IMG/VR virus record: IMGVR_UViG_3300020162_002681
Location: 32,001-96,000 of that record
DNA: 64,000 nucleotides
Origin: a virus
Reading direction: 5' to 3' (one strand)
This document shows positions 9,378 to 18,478 of the stretch, piece after piece. The translations under genes and the position numbers were made by a program. A model generated the notes under the pieces. The model did no database searches and was not told the origin of the DNA. It worked only from the letters and a program-made list of their open reading frames with translations. The stretch's first letter is position 1, and each line of letters begins with the position of its first letter.

Positions 9378-9605
9378 ATGTCTTATACATTCTCTGATTC
9401 CAGCCTTGTAATTTTGTCTCAAATTGCCTATATCAGTGAGATTACTATACTAAATGGTGTCCACGAATCTTTTGAGATAATTCTCGCAAGTGGTAAAACT
9501 ATGAAAAAACCTAACCATAGTATTCGCGGTGTTTACTCAGATGGTAACTACACATCAATAACTGAACGTGAAGGACTAATAAAAGCTTTAAAGGAAATTG
9601 CATGA
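9378..9605 (+). CDS. hypothetical protein (paralog of next gene)
   Basis: YTFSDSSLVILSQI...TEREGLIKAL resembles next ORF. Confidence 0.75.
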   Translation: MSYTFSDSSLVILSQIAYISEITILNGVHESFEIILASGKTMKKPNHSIRGVYSDGNYTSITEREGLIKALKEIA

Positions 9606-9871
9606 ACACTAGACATCTATACACATTTCAAGATGGTCGCGTACTTGTTCTTGAGCATATTGTAGCTATAGGTAGTCCTTACCCTAGTAGCCGAGATGAA
9701 GAAGTTTTGTTCTTTCAAGTAGATATGCTTGGTAATGTTTGTTATTGCTACCCAGATGTGGGTATTGAAGAAACAGCTTATGGATACTTAAAGGCTGACG
9801 GCACTCAAGACTCAGTTACTTATACAACAACTGAACGCGCTAAACTCCTCAAGGCTCTGTCAGCCATCTAA
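9602..9871 (+). CDS. hypothetical protein (paralog of previous gene)
   Basis: YTFQDGRVLVLEHI...TERAKLLKAL. Confidence 0.75.
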   Translation: MNTRHLYTFQDGRVLVLEHIVAIGSPYPSSRDEEVLFFQVDMLGNVCYCYPDVGIEETAYGYLKADGTQDSVTYTTTERAKLLKALSAI

Positions 9872-9872
9872 T

Positions 9873-10109
9873 ATGAAATTCAAACCATTTTTACACACCT
9901 TACCACCACTTGACCAAGCTAGTTTCGATTATCTAGAACTGGGTTTTTACCTTGGAAACTTTTACTTATGTTTAGAGTTTTTCTTTTTTCCCGTTTCTGG
10001 TTGGTCTTGGGAATGTTGTAAGATTGACCCATTTTGCTTTTTAGTGAGGGATACTAAATTTGGTTTTATTTTACCTACACTGGAATTTCAATACAGACAC
10101 CTATGCTAA
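9873..10109 (+). CDS. hypothetical hydrophobic protein
   Basis: 78 aa ORF filling the gap. Confidence 0.6.
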   Translation: MKFKPFLHTLPPLDQASFDYLELGFYLGNFYLCLEFFFFPVSGWSWECCKIDPFCFLVRDTKFGFILPTLEFQYRHLC

Positions 10110-10459
10110 CAAAAACACCGAAAGTAGGCGATGAAGTTTTCGTTACCGAACGAGGCTTCCGCAACACAACCAATCTGCTAGGGATAAAAACTGTATCTAA
10201 GGTTGGTGGAACCTATCTACACATTGAAATTTATTGTAGGTTTGAAAAATTCACGTTCACTGGGCAATGCTCTACAACTAATTATTATGAGTTGTGGGAT
10301 AGCGAAGAGTCCTACCACAGTATCATCACGAAAAGAAGAGAACGTGCAGAGAAAATTGAGAAAATTAGAAACATCACTTCTGATTGGCACTTTGCCAAGA
10401 ACCTGAGAAGTGAGGCTTTGGACGAAATTTTGCAATTACTAACACCGCAGGTACATTGA
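10103..10459 (+). CDS. hypothetical protein (SH3-like beta-barrel N-terminus)
   Basis: KVGDEVFV...TVSKVG..YLHI. Confidence 0.7.
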   Translation: MLTKTPKVGDEVFVTERGFRNTTNLLGIKTVSKVGGTYLHIEIYCRFEKFTFTGQCSTTNYYELWDSEESYHSIITKRRERAEKIEKIRNITSDWHFAKNLRSEALDEILQLLTPQVH

Positions 10460-10740
10460 TGCGAAAACCTAAGAACTATTGCCAAACAAGAATAATGGGT
10501 TATCAGTACGATGAGTTGATTTTGCTGAGGCTTATACTCATACTTAAAGAAGATTTTCCTCATTACAGCGTTCGGGACATACTAAACGCCCAAGAATGGA
10601 TACCAGTAAAACGTTGTCGGTACTATCTTGAAAAGTTTTGCAGTCGTGATTGGTATAACTACGGAGTTTGCTTGGATTTAGGTTGGTTGCAGCTCGAAAA
10701 TATCCCACAAGAAGTTTACAAAGCAATGGAGTTAATATGA
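10459..10740 (+). CDS. hypothetical protein
   Basis: TGATG coupling; YNYGVCLDLGWL. Confidence 0.7.
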   Translation: MRKPKNYCQTRIMGYQYDELILLRLILILKEDFPHYSVRDILNAQEWIPVKRCRYYLEKFCSRDWYNYGVCLDLGWLQLENIPQEVYKAMELI

Positions 10741-11165
10741 TTAAACAGCTCCTCAGACTATTCCCTTACGTGCGACAACTAGAAGACCAACTTCGCCAAG
10801 CTATTGCTGGTGAAATCTCACTCGAAAGTCTGCAAGTGAAGGACGGAAACATCGACTTAAAGTTAAAGTCAAAAATCGTACCATTAGTGGCTGAGGCGTT
10901 CCATGAGCTACTTGACGAGATGGAAGCTCCTAACTACATCGAGTTCAGCCTAGACCACCTAGAGACGCATGAAACTATTCTTGTGACAGTGCAGAAAAAG
11001 AACGGAAAGTCTCCTGCCGAGTTGCAAGCCTTGGCAGAAGAAAAAGAGCAGTATTGGGAAGAGAAATATTACGAGTTACTCGAAGGTAGTCCCAAAGCCA
11101 TGAAAGAGTCTGATATCGAGGCAAACAACAGGATTTTACGCGAATTAATGGATGAGTGTAGGTAA
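10737..11165 (+). CDS. hypothetical protein
   Basis: GGAG SD; ATGA coupling. Confidence 0.75.
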   Translation: MIKQLLRLFPYVRQLEDQLRQAIAGEISLESLQVKDGNIDLKLKSKIVPLVAEAFHELLDEMEAPNYIEFSLDHLETHETILVTVQKKNGKSPAELQALAEEKEQYWEEKYYELLEGSPKAMKESDIEANNRILRELMDECR

Positions 11166-11517
11166 TATGAGTGCAGACCGTTGGATTGCTTTACTTACGG
11201 AAGAGGAGTATGAAGCAGAGAGAGATTATGCTGATAACTTTTTTGGTGATTCAGATATGTGGTTTGATAATGTATCTGTGAAAAATAACAAAAAGCCAGA
11301 TAATGTCGAAGCTTTTTGTTTTGGGGCTACTGACGACGATGTGCCCGAACAAGTGCTGAGCAACATCGATTCCCTAAAGTGCTTGGTAGATGATGTGGTC
11401 GCCCTTCTCACATTTCTCTTTCTACAAGGTTCTGAGTCGCAGCAAATCGATATGTTTGAGCGTTTCTTGACTGCTAATTTGGGTAAGGGTAAAATTGTAC
11501 ATTTTTGGAGTGAATAA
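11152..11517 (+). CDS. hypothetical acidic protein
   Basis: 121 aa ORF. Confidence 0.75.
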   Translation: MSVGNMSADRWIALLTEEEYEAERDYADNFFGDSDMWFDNVSVKNNKKPDNVEAFCFGATDDDVPEQVLSNIDSLKCLVDDVVALLTFLFLQGSESQQIDMFERFLTANLGKGKIVHFWSE

Positions 11518-11735
11518 TGATTTCTGCAAGTGAATCTGAAATTGTATCTAAAGAAACTATTAAGAAGTACTTTGTCACTATGGCAAACATACCTATTTCG
11601 TTACCTATGACAGTATCAGAGTACAACTTAGGCGCTTGTGTTGAATTTGCCAAACATCTACAGCGACAATATCCAGCTCAGCCAATACATCTTTACGAGT
11701 CCTCCATTACTCAAATACATGTATATGGAAGTTAG
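11517..11735 (+). CDS. hypothetical protein
   Basis: TAATG coupling, GGAG SD. Confidence 0.7.
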   Translation: MISASESEIVSKETIKKYFVTMANIPISLPMTVSEYNLGACVEFAKHLQRQYPAQPIHLYESSITQIHVYGS

Positions 11736-11772
11736 TGCTAAAATCATTAAAACCTAGCAAAGAGCGACGATT

Positions 11773-12477
11773 TTGGCTAAACAGAGAAACCAATCATCCA
11801 CTGCTTTATTTAACATTCAATCGCTTCTTAAGGTAGAGGCTAAGACAGAAAATCAACAACGGGCATTCGACTATTTTCTTGAGGGGTACAACCTAATATT
11901 AAGCGGTTCGGCTGGCTCAGGCAAAACAATGCTGGCTCTGTATCTCGGTCTTAAATCCTTACTACTTCGCAAATATGAAAAAGTTGTAATCGTTCGTTCA
12001 ATTGTTCCAACACGTAACATAGGCTTCCTCAAGGGGACTCAGCAGGAGAAGGAAAGTGTGTACGAACAAAGTTATTTGCATCTTGTCAACAAGCTTCTAC
12101 CCACGATTCCTAATGCTTACGATGCGATGAAAAAGGAAAAGACAATTGAATTTACATCTACTAGTTTCATCAGAGGCAATAACATCAACAACGCTGTAGT
12201 GATTATTGATGAATTTTCCAACCTTACTTACCATGAGTTGAGTTCAGTAATAACGAGACTCGGAGAGAACGTTAGGGTAATATTTTCAGGAGATTTTTTT
12301 CAATCAGATTTACGATATTCTGATGAAAAAGCTGGAGTACTTCAATTTCTTAAAGTACTCGCTAATATGCCTGATGATTTTAAGAGGGTAGACTTTACTA
12401 TCGATGATGTCGTAAGAAGTGGTTTAGTGAAAAGGTTCCTTATTTCAGAGTATGAACTAAGAGAGCAGCAGAGCTAG
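11773..12477 (+). CDS. phoH: PhoH family ATPase
   Basis: GSAGSGKT, IGFLKG, FIRG, IIDE, TRLGE, GDFFQSD, DVVRSGLVK. Confidence 0.95.
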   Translation: MAKQRNQSSTALFNIQSLLKVEAKTENQQRAFDYFLEGYNLILSGSAGSGKTMLALYLGLKSLLLRKYEKVVIVRSIVPTRNIGFLKGTQQEKESVYEQSYLHLVNKLLPTIPNAYDAMKKEKTIEFTSTSFIRGNNINNAVVIIDEFSNLTYHELSSVITRLGENVRVIFSGDFFQSDLRYSDEKAGVLQFLKVLANMPDDFKRVDFTIDDVVRSGLVKRFLISEYELREQQS

Positions 12478-12710
12478 TACTTACGCGAATCTTCAGGGGT
12501 TGGGGTTGGTGCATCTACGGGTGCATCATCCTCGCCATCATCATCATCTTCATAAAAGATTTCTGAGATGCTATACAATTCAAACAATAGGTTTAAGTGA
12601 GTTTCTACCATCTCACTATTCTTTTCTGTCAAGTCCACTAATGCTAGATTCTGAGCTTTCGAGATAAGCTTTATTTGATTTTCTATGATAGGGGTGAAGT
12701 CGGTGTCCGT
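12474..12710 (-). CDS. acidic hypothetical protein, possible ACG start
   Basis: 78-codon open frame ending in a TAG that overlaps the phoH stop; extended -10 upstream. Confidence 0.45.
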   Translation of the reverse strand, partial: TDTDFTPIIENQIKLISKAQNLALVDLTEKNSEMVETHLNLLFELYSISEIFYEDDDDGEDDAPVDAPTPTPEDSRKY

Positions 12711-12779
12711 GTTATTTCTCTAGAGGTATTGCTGTGCGAAGTGGATGATGTTTAAATGATTCTATCACTTGGAGGTTAC

Positions 12780-13406
12780 ATGACACTAACTATTTTTGGT
12801 TATAACAAACGCACCGAACTTCACCCAAATAACTTCTCAGAGCATACACCTTTCCCCGATGTAATCTACGACTTCTTTGCAAGCACTGGATTCAAGCTTT
12901 TAAAAATCTCAGCTATTACTCAAGCAGGTGAATGTGGGTCAGGTTACTCTACCGCAACTTGGGGCTACTTCAAAAAAGAAGAAATTGCCAAAATCCCTCC
13001 TCTCGAATGGATGGCTAATCCTCCTTTGTTTTACGAGGATGCAGATGAGTTTCAAGAAAATTTCACTGTCGATGAAGATGGTGGCGACGGTTATTACCCT
13101 TGCGGAAGTGCAGAACCAAAGCCAACTTTACTCGCACTTTTCAATCCTTGTCGAGTACTGGAAGAACGTCTCTATGTTTTCTCTGGTGCTAGCGCTTTAG
13201 GTAAGTCTACATTTGCCCTTTCCTTAGCCTCTGACCCCGCAGAAATCTATGAGACTGATTCTGGCATCCAAATTGATATGGAGAAGCTTGAATACGTCAA
13301 ATACGTTGTGCTGGGCAACAAGTTCCCTAAACTCAATGATGCTGCTTTAGAGGTATTGCAGAATCTCAAAGGTCGTACTGTTATTTATGTGAAATTCGAG
13401 AAATAA
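12780..13406 (+). CDS. hypothetical protein with C-terminal P-loop-like motif
   Basis: GGAGG SD; VFSGASALGKST. Confidence 0.7.
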   Translation: MTLTIFGYNKRTELHPNNFSEHTPFPDVIYDFFASTGFKLLKISAITQAGECGSGYSTATWGYFKKEEIAKIPPLEWMANPPLFYEDADEFQENFTVDEDGGDGYYPCGSAEPKPTLLALFNPCRVLEERLYVFSGASALGKSTFALSLASDPAEIYETDSGIQIDMEKLEYVKYVVLGNKFPKLNDAALEVLQNLKGRTVIYVKFEK

Positions 13407-13424
13407 TAGAGGAGACAGATTAAC

Positions 13425-13844
13425 ATGGAAGAAGAAATTTCTCAAGTCTGGGTAATTGTGATGCAGTTAACTTTAGAGCCGAAAAAGTTCTATTGTGGCA
13501 ACTATGTTGTTACATACCTAAAAAACATAGTAGATGGCGACTATATCCAAATCACTACTTTCCTAGAGCAAGCCAAGCACTATCCTTCGGCTGAAGCTGC
13601 GAAAGCTGTCATGAGTACTGAATACTTTAAAAAATGGTATCCTGACGGAGAACCTTTCGCAATGTTGATTTCAGAGACACGTACAGTAAAAAATTTGCAC
13701 TATCGTGACCAAGACTCGGTGCTACACCAGAAAATACAATCTCTAGTCGATGAACTTTATGCAGAAAAGGAAATTGCACAGGCACTTGAGAAATACGCAG
13801 AAACACTTAAAAATATAATTTCATCTGGGGAAATTCCAAATTAA
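13425..13844 (+). CDS. hypothetical protein
   Basis: GAGGAG SD. Confidence 0.75.
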   Translation: MEEEISQVWVIVMQLTLEPKKFYCGNYVVTYLKNIVDGDYIQITTFLEQAKHYPSAEAAKAVMSTEYFKKWYPDGEPFAMLISETRTVKNLHYRDQDSVLHQKIQSLVDELYAEKEIAQALEKYAETLKNIISSGEIPN

Positions 13845-15204
13845 GCCAACTCCAGAAGCTAATGTCATCCCAGCAATAAACTCGCCTTGGCAAAGGCTGC
13901 TCAAATGGCTCAAAAGCGCTTAGACCGTCCTCTAAGTAAATTCCGTTGCACAACCCTAGAATATTATTGCAAACACTGAAATTATTAGAGTTTGTTGCTA
14001 TCGTTGTGGTATAGCTTTGCACAATGTTGATATCAGCACTATTCACTCTGAGTTTCAGTTGGGTAGCGCTTTTTTGCACCCACAGATGATTCCAAACATT
14101 TACAGGGGGAACCCATGCAGTCGAAATAATCACTGACCCATTTATTGACACCTCCAAATTATTTGAAACCGTCTTCTTAAGGGCGAACACACCATTCTTT
14201 TCTGCCAAGGCGATGAGCCGTCCCGAAGGATTTGTGGTGAAATAGCAAAAACAGTTGAAAGTGAACTCGTTAGGGAACACTACGTCTTCATAAGTAATTG
14301 ATGTACTTGCCCCAGATTGCAAACATTCTGTACCGAATAATTTGAGTTCGCTGTTATATTCAACGCCAACCATACTGTTTATGCGTGAATTACTACTCTT
14401 TTCTGCAAGTTCGCCATTAAAAGTTACGTGAAAGATGCTCGAACTATTTGAAGGGGCTTCATAAACCGTCAAATTTATCTCTGGGTCAGGAACCCTTAAT
14501 ACTAGGCTATTAGAATAAACGATAGAACTGGGCTTTAAATTAGTTGGTATTGAAATATCCGCTTCAAACCAAACTTCATTGCTTACGTCAGTGATTCTAG
14601 CTAAATTCACTACAGAGTTTATCGTGGGTAAGGTTTGTGTGTTACCGTACTCAAAAAATATCTCGCCTAGCACACCAATTTCTCTTTTTGACCACTTAGC
14701 TGCTGTCAGTGCGATTGTGGCTTGCAATGTATCGCTGTTGTCGTAATATTTGGCGTTGAGTGCGCTGGGGAATGTATTGGTTCCTTTGAAAAGCAGATTA
14801 AGTATCGCGTTGCTTAGTTTTGCTGTGCCGAACTCCAGTGTCAGTGCTATACCTGTGTCAGAGTAGAGGATTAGCTCGTTCCCTGACTCTATTGTGGTAT
14901 CAGAAAGTGCAGCATTAGCAGTGATAATGCCGTCAGAGGTAGTAAGGCGGAGTTTGAGGGGTAGCGCATAGTCAGTTAGAGCGAATCCGAAATTTATATC
15001 ACTGCTATTATTGCAGGTGTTGCCTGTGATTGTCCAGTAACTTGCATCTAGTGGTAGCGAGGAGATGCCGAAGAGTGTGTTGGTGATATTCACTCCTGCG
15101 TCGTCATGAAGAGTGGCTAGAATCGGCAAAGAAGCGGCTGTGATGGTTTGCTGCTTAATTATCTTTTCTGTTATGTCAACGCAAGTGCTGAAGAGTGTAG
15201 TCAT
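13807..15204 (-). CDS. tail protein with C-terminal LamG-like domain
   Basis: FTFNCFCY...NVWNHLWVQK...LRVN; N-terminus resembles 26697. Confidence 0.65.
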   Translation of the reverse strand: MTTLFSTCVDITEKIIKQQTITAASLPILATLHDDAGVNITNTLFGISSLPLDASYWTITGNTCNNSSDINFGFALTDYALPLKLRLTTSDGIITANAALSDTTIESGNELILYSDTGIALTLEFGTAKLSNAILNLLFKGTNTFPSALNAKYYDNSDTLQATIALTAAKWSKREIGVLGEIFFEYGNTQTLPTINSVVNLARITDVSNEVWFEADISIPTNLKPSSIVYSNSLVLRVPDPEINLTVYEAPSNSSSIFHVTFNGELAEKSSNSRINSMVGVEYNSELKLFGTECLQSGASTSITYEDVVFPNEFTFNCFCYFTTNPSGRLIALAEKNGVFALKKTVSNNLEVSINGSVIISTAWVPPVNVWNHLWVQKSATQLKLRVNSADINIVQSYTTTIATNSNNFSVCNNILGLCNGIYLEDGLSAFEPFEQPLPRRVYCWDDISFWSWLNLEFPQMKLYF

Positions 15205-15228
15205 TTAGATAGTATATCAAACGAAGTA

Positions 15229-15257
15229 TTGCAAAACTGGCACACTGAATATACACT
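15229..15257 (+). promoter_or_regulatory. sigma70-type early promoter
   Basis: TTGCAA-17 nt-TACACT upstream of 15282. Confidence 0.55.
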
Positions 15258-15281
15258 AGCTAAATAAATTGAGGATATATC

Positions 15282-15626
15282 ATGCAAGAAACATTAGAAT
15301 CACTCGAAGACGCGCTGAATAAAAACTGCGCTATCACTGAATACCTCAACCAGCAGCAGAAAGAGAACAACGAGCGCTTTGTGCAATTGATGCGTAAAAA
15401 GTGGTGGTTACTCAATCCTGATATTGTTGAGATTTCTTATGTGGCAGTCTACGAGACGGACTATTCAGATACTACCCCTTCTTATCCTGCAATATCTTGG
15501 AAGTCTGCTATTGATAAAACCAATACAGAGGTTTCTTCAATAGATACATCAGGTTATCCTGCACTTGCGTCGGAGATTACTGATGAGGAAACTGTGATTA
15601 CTGTTCGGAATCCTTACCTAACATGA
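15282..15626 (+). CDS. hypothetical protein
   Basis: GAGGA SD. Confidence 0.75.
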   Translation: MQETLESLEDALNKNCAITEYLNQQQKENNERFVQLMRKKWWLLNPDIVEISYVAVYETDYSDTTPSYPAISWKSAIDKTNTEVSSIDTSGYPALASEITDEETVITVRNPYLT

Positions 15627-16015
15627 AAAAATTATTACGCAGTTGGATTGAATCTTTGTATAAGGCTACCGAGTCTTGGTCAGAGCGCGAAGGACTAGAT
15701 TATCGAAATTCTGCTGATGAAGCTAAGGAAAGATATATCGAATTACTTCCTTGGCGTATGGCAGAGGTTTACGTTAAAACAAACTATAAAATAATGCCTC
15801 GCTATGACGGTCGTGCAGAGCATGAACCAGATTGGGTGAAAACTACAAATTGGTATGTACTACACAAAGCTACAGGCATTCTTTGTGAAAGAGCTTACGA
15901 TTCAGAGCGAGAGGCTGTGAGAAGTATGACTGACTATTGGTTGAAATACTATAAAGAGTGGGTTCCACAGAATTTGCATAGGATTACCATTCCTGATAGA
16001 TATCGAAGCTGGTAG
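15623..16015 (+). CDS. hypothetical protein
   Basis: ATGA coupling. Confidence 0.75.
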   Translation: MKKLLRSWIESLYKATESWSEREGLDYRNSADEAKERYIELLPWRMAEVYVKTNYKIMPRYDGRAEHEPDWVKTTNWYVLHKATGILCERAYDSEREAVRSMTDYWLKYYKEWVPQNLHRITIPDRYRSW

Positions 16016-16090
16016 TATCTCAAGCGCCGATGGGCTGTGAAGATTTGTCCGAGAAGAAGTAGTAGAAGTATAAAGGAGATATTTCAGCTA

Positions 16091-16246
16091 TTAGCAACTA
16101 GTCTCTGTGAGGGTTTCAGCGTATTTTGGTGTTAGCAAAACAACTTATTAAATTAGCAAAGCAGCCTATACAAAACTAAAAAATTATAAAACAACTCTAT
16201 TTAGTTAGCAGCCTAACTGCAAAATCACTGCTAATAGGCGTGCTAA
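16091..16246. repeat. AT-rich intergenic region with TTAGCA/TGCTAA repeats
   Basis: TTAGCA at 16091, 16132, 16153, 16205; inverted TGCTAA at 16229, 16241. Confidence 0.55.
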
Positions 16247-16275
16247 TATAATAATAAGAAACTAATTAAATAAGT

Positions 16276-16923
16276 ATGGAAGATAATTTAGCTCTCGTAG
16301 CCCAAGTAGAAAAAAGTTTGTGGCGTAACCCTACAGATGAGGAGGGTGTTTTGCAGCTATTTAGTGATGCAGATAGACCATTAGCCAGCGTCCTAGTCGG
16401 TGGTTTTGTCAGTATGCAAAAGCAGATGGCAGAAATTAAATCCCTGATAACTACTATTGCCAGTAACAAGACCAATTCAGTAACACCCACAGAGTTAGGT
16501 ATGTTCTTCAGTATGGACGCTTATAAGTACCTCATTGAAGACTTTAGCCTTGTAGGTGACAAAGTGGCGTATAGGGGCGAAATATGTGGTCAGAGTGACT
16601 CGGTGATTTTGCAACTGTCTATACGACTTGAAGATTTTTTTGGTTCCAAGGATGTACATTTTGCAAATCTATTCAAGGGATTGCGACGAGCCTTAACTAA
16701 ACGTGATAACGTGTTACAAGATTACAAATTACTCCTACAAAATGAGTTAGATGAATATTTCAACCAACACAAAAAAGCCAAACGAATCAAATTTAAGACT
16801 ATTGCAGATATTTTCTCTGAATTGCCTGATATGACAGAACAAAAATTAAAATTGTGGCTTGAAGAGTTAGGTTATAGACCCAAACCAGATGTAAACAGAG
16901 TATTGTGGTATACGAACAACTAA
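16276..16923 (+). CDS. hypothetical protein, possible C-terminal winged-helix DNA-binding domain
   Basis: IKFKTIADIF...KLKLWLEELGYRPK...VLWY. Confidence 0.6.
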   Translation: MEDNLALVAQVEKSLWRNPTDEEGVLQLFSDADRPLASVLVGGFVSMQKQMAEIKSLITTIASNKTNSVTPTELGMFFSMDAYKYLIEDFSLVGDKVAYRGEICGQSDSVILQLSIRLEDFFGSKDVHFANLFKGLRRALTKRDNVLQDYKLLLQNELDEYFNQHKKAKRIKFKTIADIFSELPDMTEQKLKLWLEELGYRPKPDVNRVLWYTNN

Positions 16924-17376
16924 ATGACTCAAACATTTGTACGGCTAGAAGACTCTAAAGGCTCTGAGATTTTATACTTGAATCTACCAGAGCTAAGAGT
17001 TGAAGAACTTCGCCACAGACTCTATACCTGCAAGTATGAAGGCAGTATAGAGATACTTTCGGAGCTATCATTACCACAACATTTTGTAAGTTACTGTCAG
17101 GCTTTAGGTGACTTACTCAAACAATACAAACTAGAGGAGTTATATAAGGTTAGTGCAAATCTAGAGGAAAATGTCCTGTGGTTGTCTTGTAAAGCTAAAC
17201 CATCTTGGTCTGTCAGCTTTGAAATGGTTCGTCTATCTTATAATCCTGAAATTAGGGCTAAGAACGCTAAGACAGTAGCGGCTAGATTACTGCATGACCT
17301 TCTGATTAGAATGGACAAATTAGAAGCAGCTTTTCGTATTTATACAGATTACCTAAAAGAAAAACAAACACCATGA
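16924..17376 (+). CDS. hypothetical protein
   Basis: 150 aa, abuts previous gene. Confidence 0.75.
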   Translation: MTQTFVRLEDSKGSEILYLNLPELRVEELRHRLYTCKYEGSIEILSELSLPQHFVSYCQALGDLLKQYKLEELYKVSANLEENVLWLSCKAKPSWSVSFEMVRLSYNPEIRAKNAKTVAARLLHDLLIRMDKLEAAFRIYTDYLKEKQTP

Positions 17377-17567
17377 ACAAATACCTAGTTATAGCTTACG
17401 CAACTATCGAGTATCAAGACTACGAGAAGTATGCAATCGTAGAAGCTAAAAATGAGGCTGAAGCAATGCAGTTATTTGAGTCAGAATTTACTTACTTGAA
17501 ACTAAAAGCAGAGCAAGTTCATTTATTAGAATTTAGCGGCAATGCTGAAGTAATATACTCTAACTAA
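17373..17567 (+). CDS. hypothetical protein
   Basis: IVEAKNEAEAMQLF small phage protein motif. Confidence 0.7.
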   Translation: MNKYLVIAYATIEYQDYEKYAIVEAKNEAEAMQLFESEFTYLKLKAEQVHLLEFSGNAEVIYSN

Positions 17568-17571
17568 AACC

Positions 17572-17901
17572 ATGACTAATAAAGTACTTACGAACTTCCG
17601 CGACCACCCAGCACTCCGCTTCGATGACCACCAATCTGTATTTAAAATTGACGACAAAGTGTACCTCATCCGCGAAGGTGTTGTGCGCCAAATTATTCCT
17701 CAGAGTATTCGACGCACAAATGTAGGCGAACCTTACAGAACCATAGTTAGGTTTTATTTTACATTCATTGAAGATAAAGTTAATTCTCTTGATATGGAAT
17801 CGATGGATTTTATACCCAAAGATGAAAAACAGTTGCAAGAGTTGTTCAACGAACCGCAAACCCTAATAGAGTCCTTAGATAAGGTTGGATTACTCAGTTA
17901 A
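17572..17901 (+). CDS. hypothetical protein
   Basis: 109 aa ORF. Confidence 0.7.
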   Translation: MTNKVLTNFRDHPALRFDDHQSVFKIDDKVYLIREGVVRQIIPQSIRRTNVGEPYRTIVRFYFTFIEDKVNSLDMESMDFIPKDEKQLQELFNEPQTLIESLDKVGLLS

Positions 17902-18254
17902 ATCCGACAAACCTGCACATCGAGAGTCCCACTATCTAAATTTCCAATAGCATCGAACGCAGCTTGAGACAAATCGATATTATCTCCAAAGTCACCTCTG
18001 TCATTCGCGTAGACCTCCACAGATGCTCCTGTACGCTCGTTTGTGACTCTGTAGCTACCGAAACTCCTCCAGTCTGCTATTGCGGCTGTATAGCCTGAAT
18101 TACTGAACATCTCACCACTTGCAGTTTGTCTACCTTCGTAGTAGTCCGAGTAAAAAGTAGCAGTAGCGTAAAAGCATTCAGCTAGGGCGTTTGCAGGGTT
18201 TGAGACTATTGCTAGTAGTGCCAAACTTGCTGCGGAAATATTTTTAATAAGCAA
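17898..18254 (-). CDS. rlpA: RlpA-like (DPBB) lytic transglycosylase with signal peptide
   Basis: ATFY...GRQTASGE.F...TAA...VTNERTG.SV.V..NDRG...IDLSQAAF; AAGGA SD. Confidence 0.85.
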   Translation of the reverse strand: MLIKNISAASLALLAIVSNPANALAECFYATATFYSDYYEGRQTASGEMFSNSGYTAAIADWRSFGSYRVTNERTGASVEVYANDRGDFGDNIDLSQAAFDAIGNLDSGTLDVQVCRI

Positions 18255-18300
18255 ATCGTGATTCCTTTTCTTAAGTTCTTAGCTACCATAACATACTGAG

Positions 18301-18474
18301 TTGTTCTACCTAGAGATAGATGCAGAAAAGAGGATTGGCGCTTAGTATTAGTTTGTTGTGATTCGAGACACTAATGAAGAAGCTCGTTCTTTTTTGGCTA
18401 TGCTTCAATACGACGAACCTAATGACCATCTCAGAATCGCTAAAATCACCACCATACTTGAACTTTTAAATTAA
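18301..18474 (+). pseudogene. ORF with two in-frame TAG codons
   Basis: LFYLEIDAEKRIGA*Y*FVVIRDTNEEARSFL...LLN. Confidence 0.45.
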
Positions 18475-18478
18475 TAAC

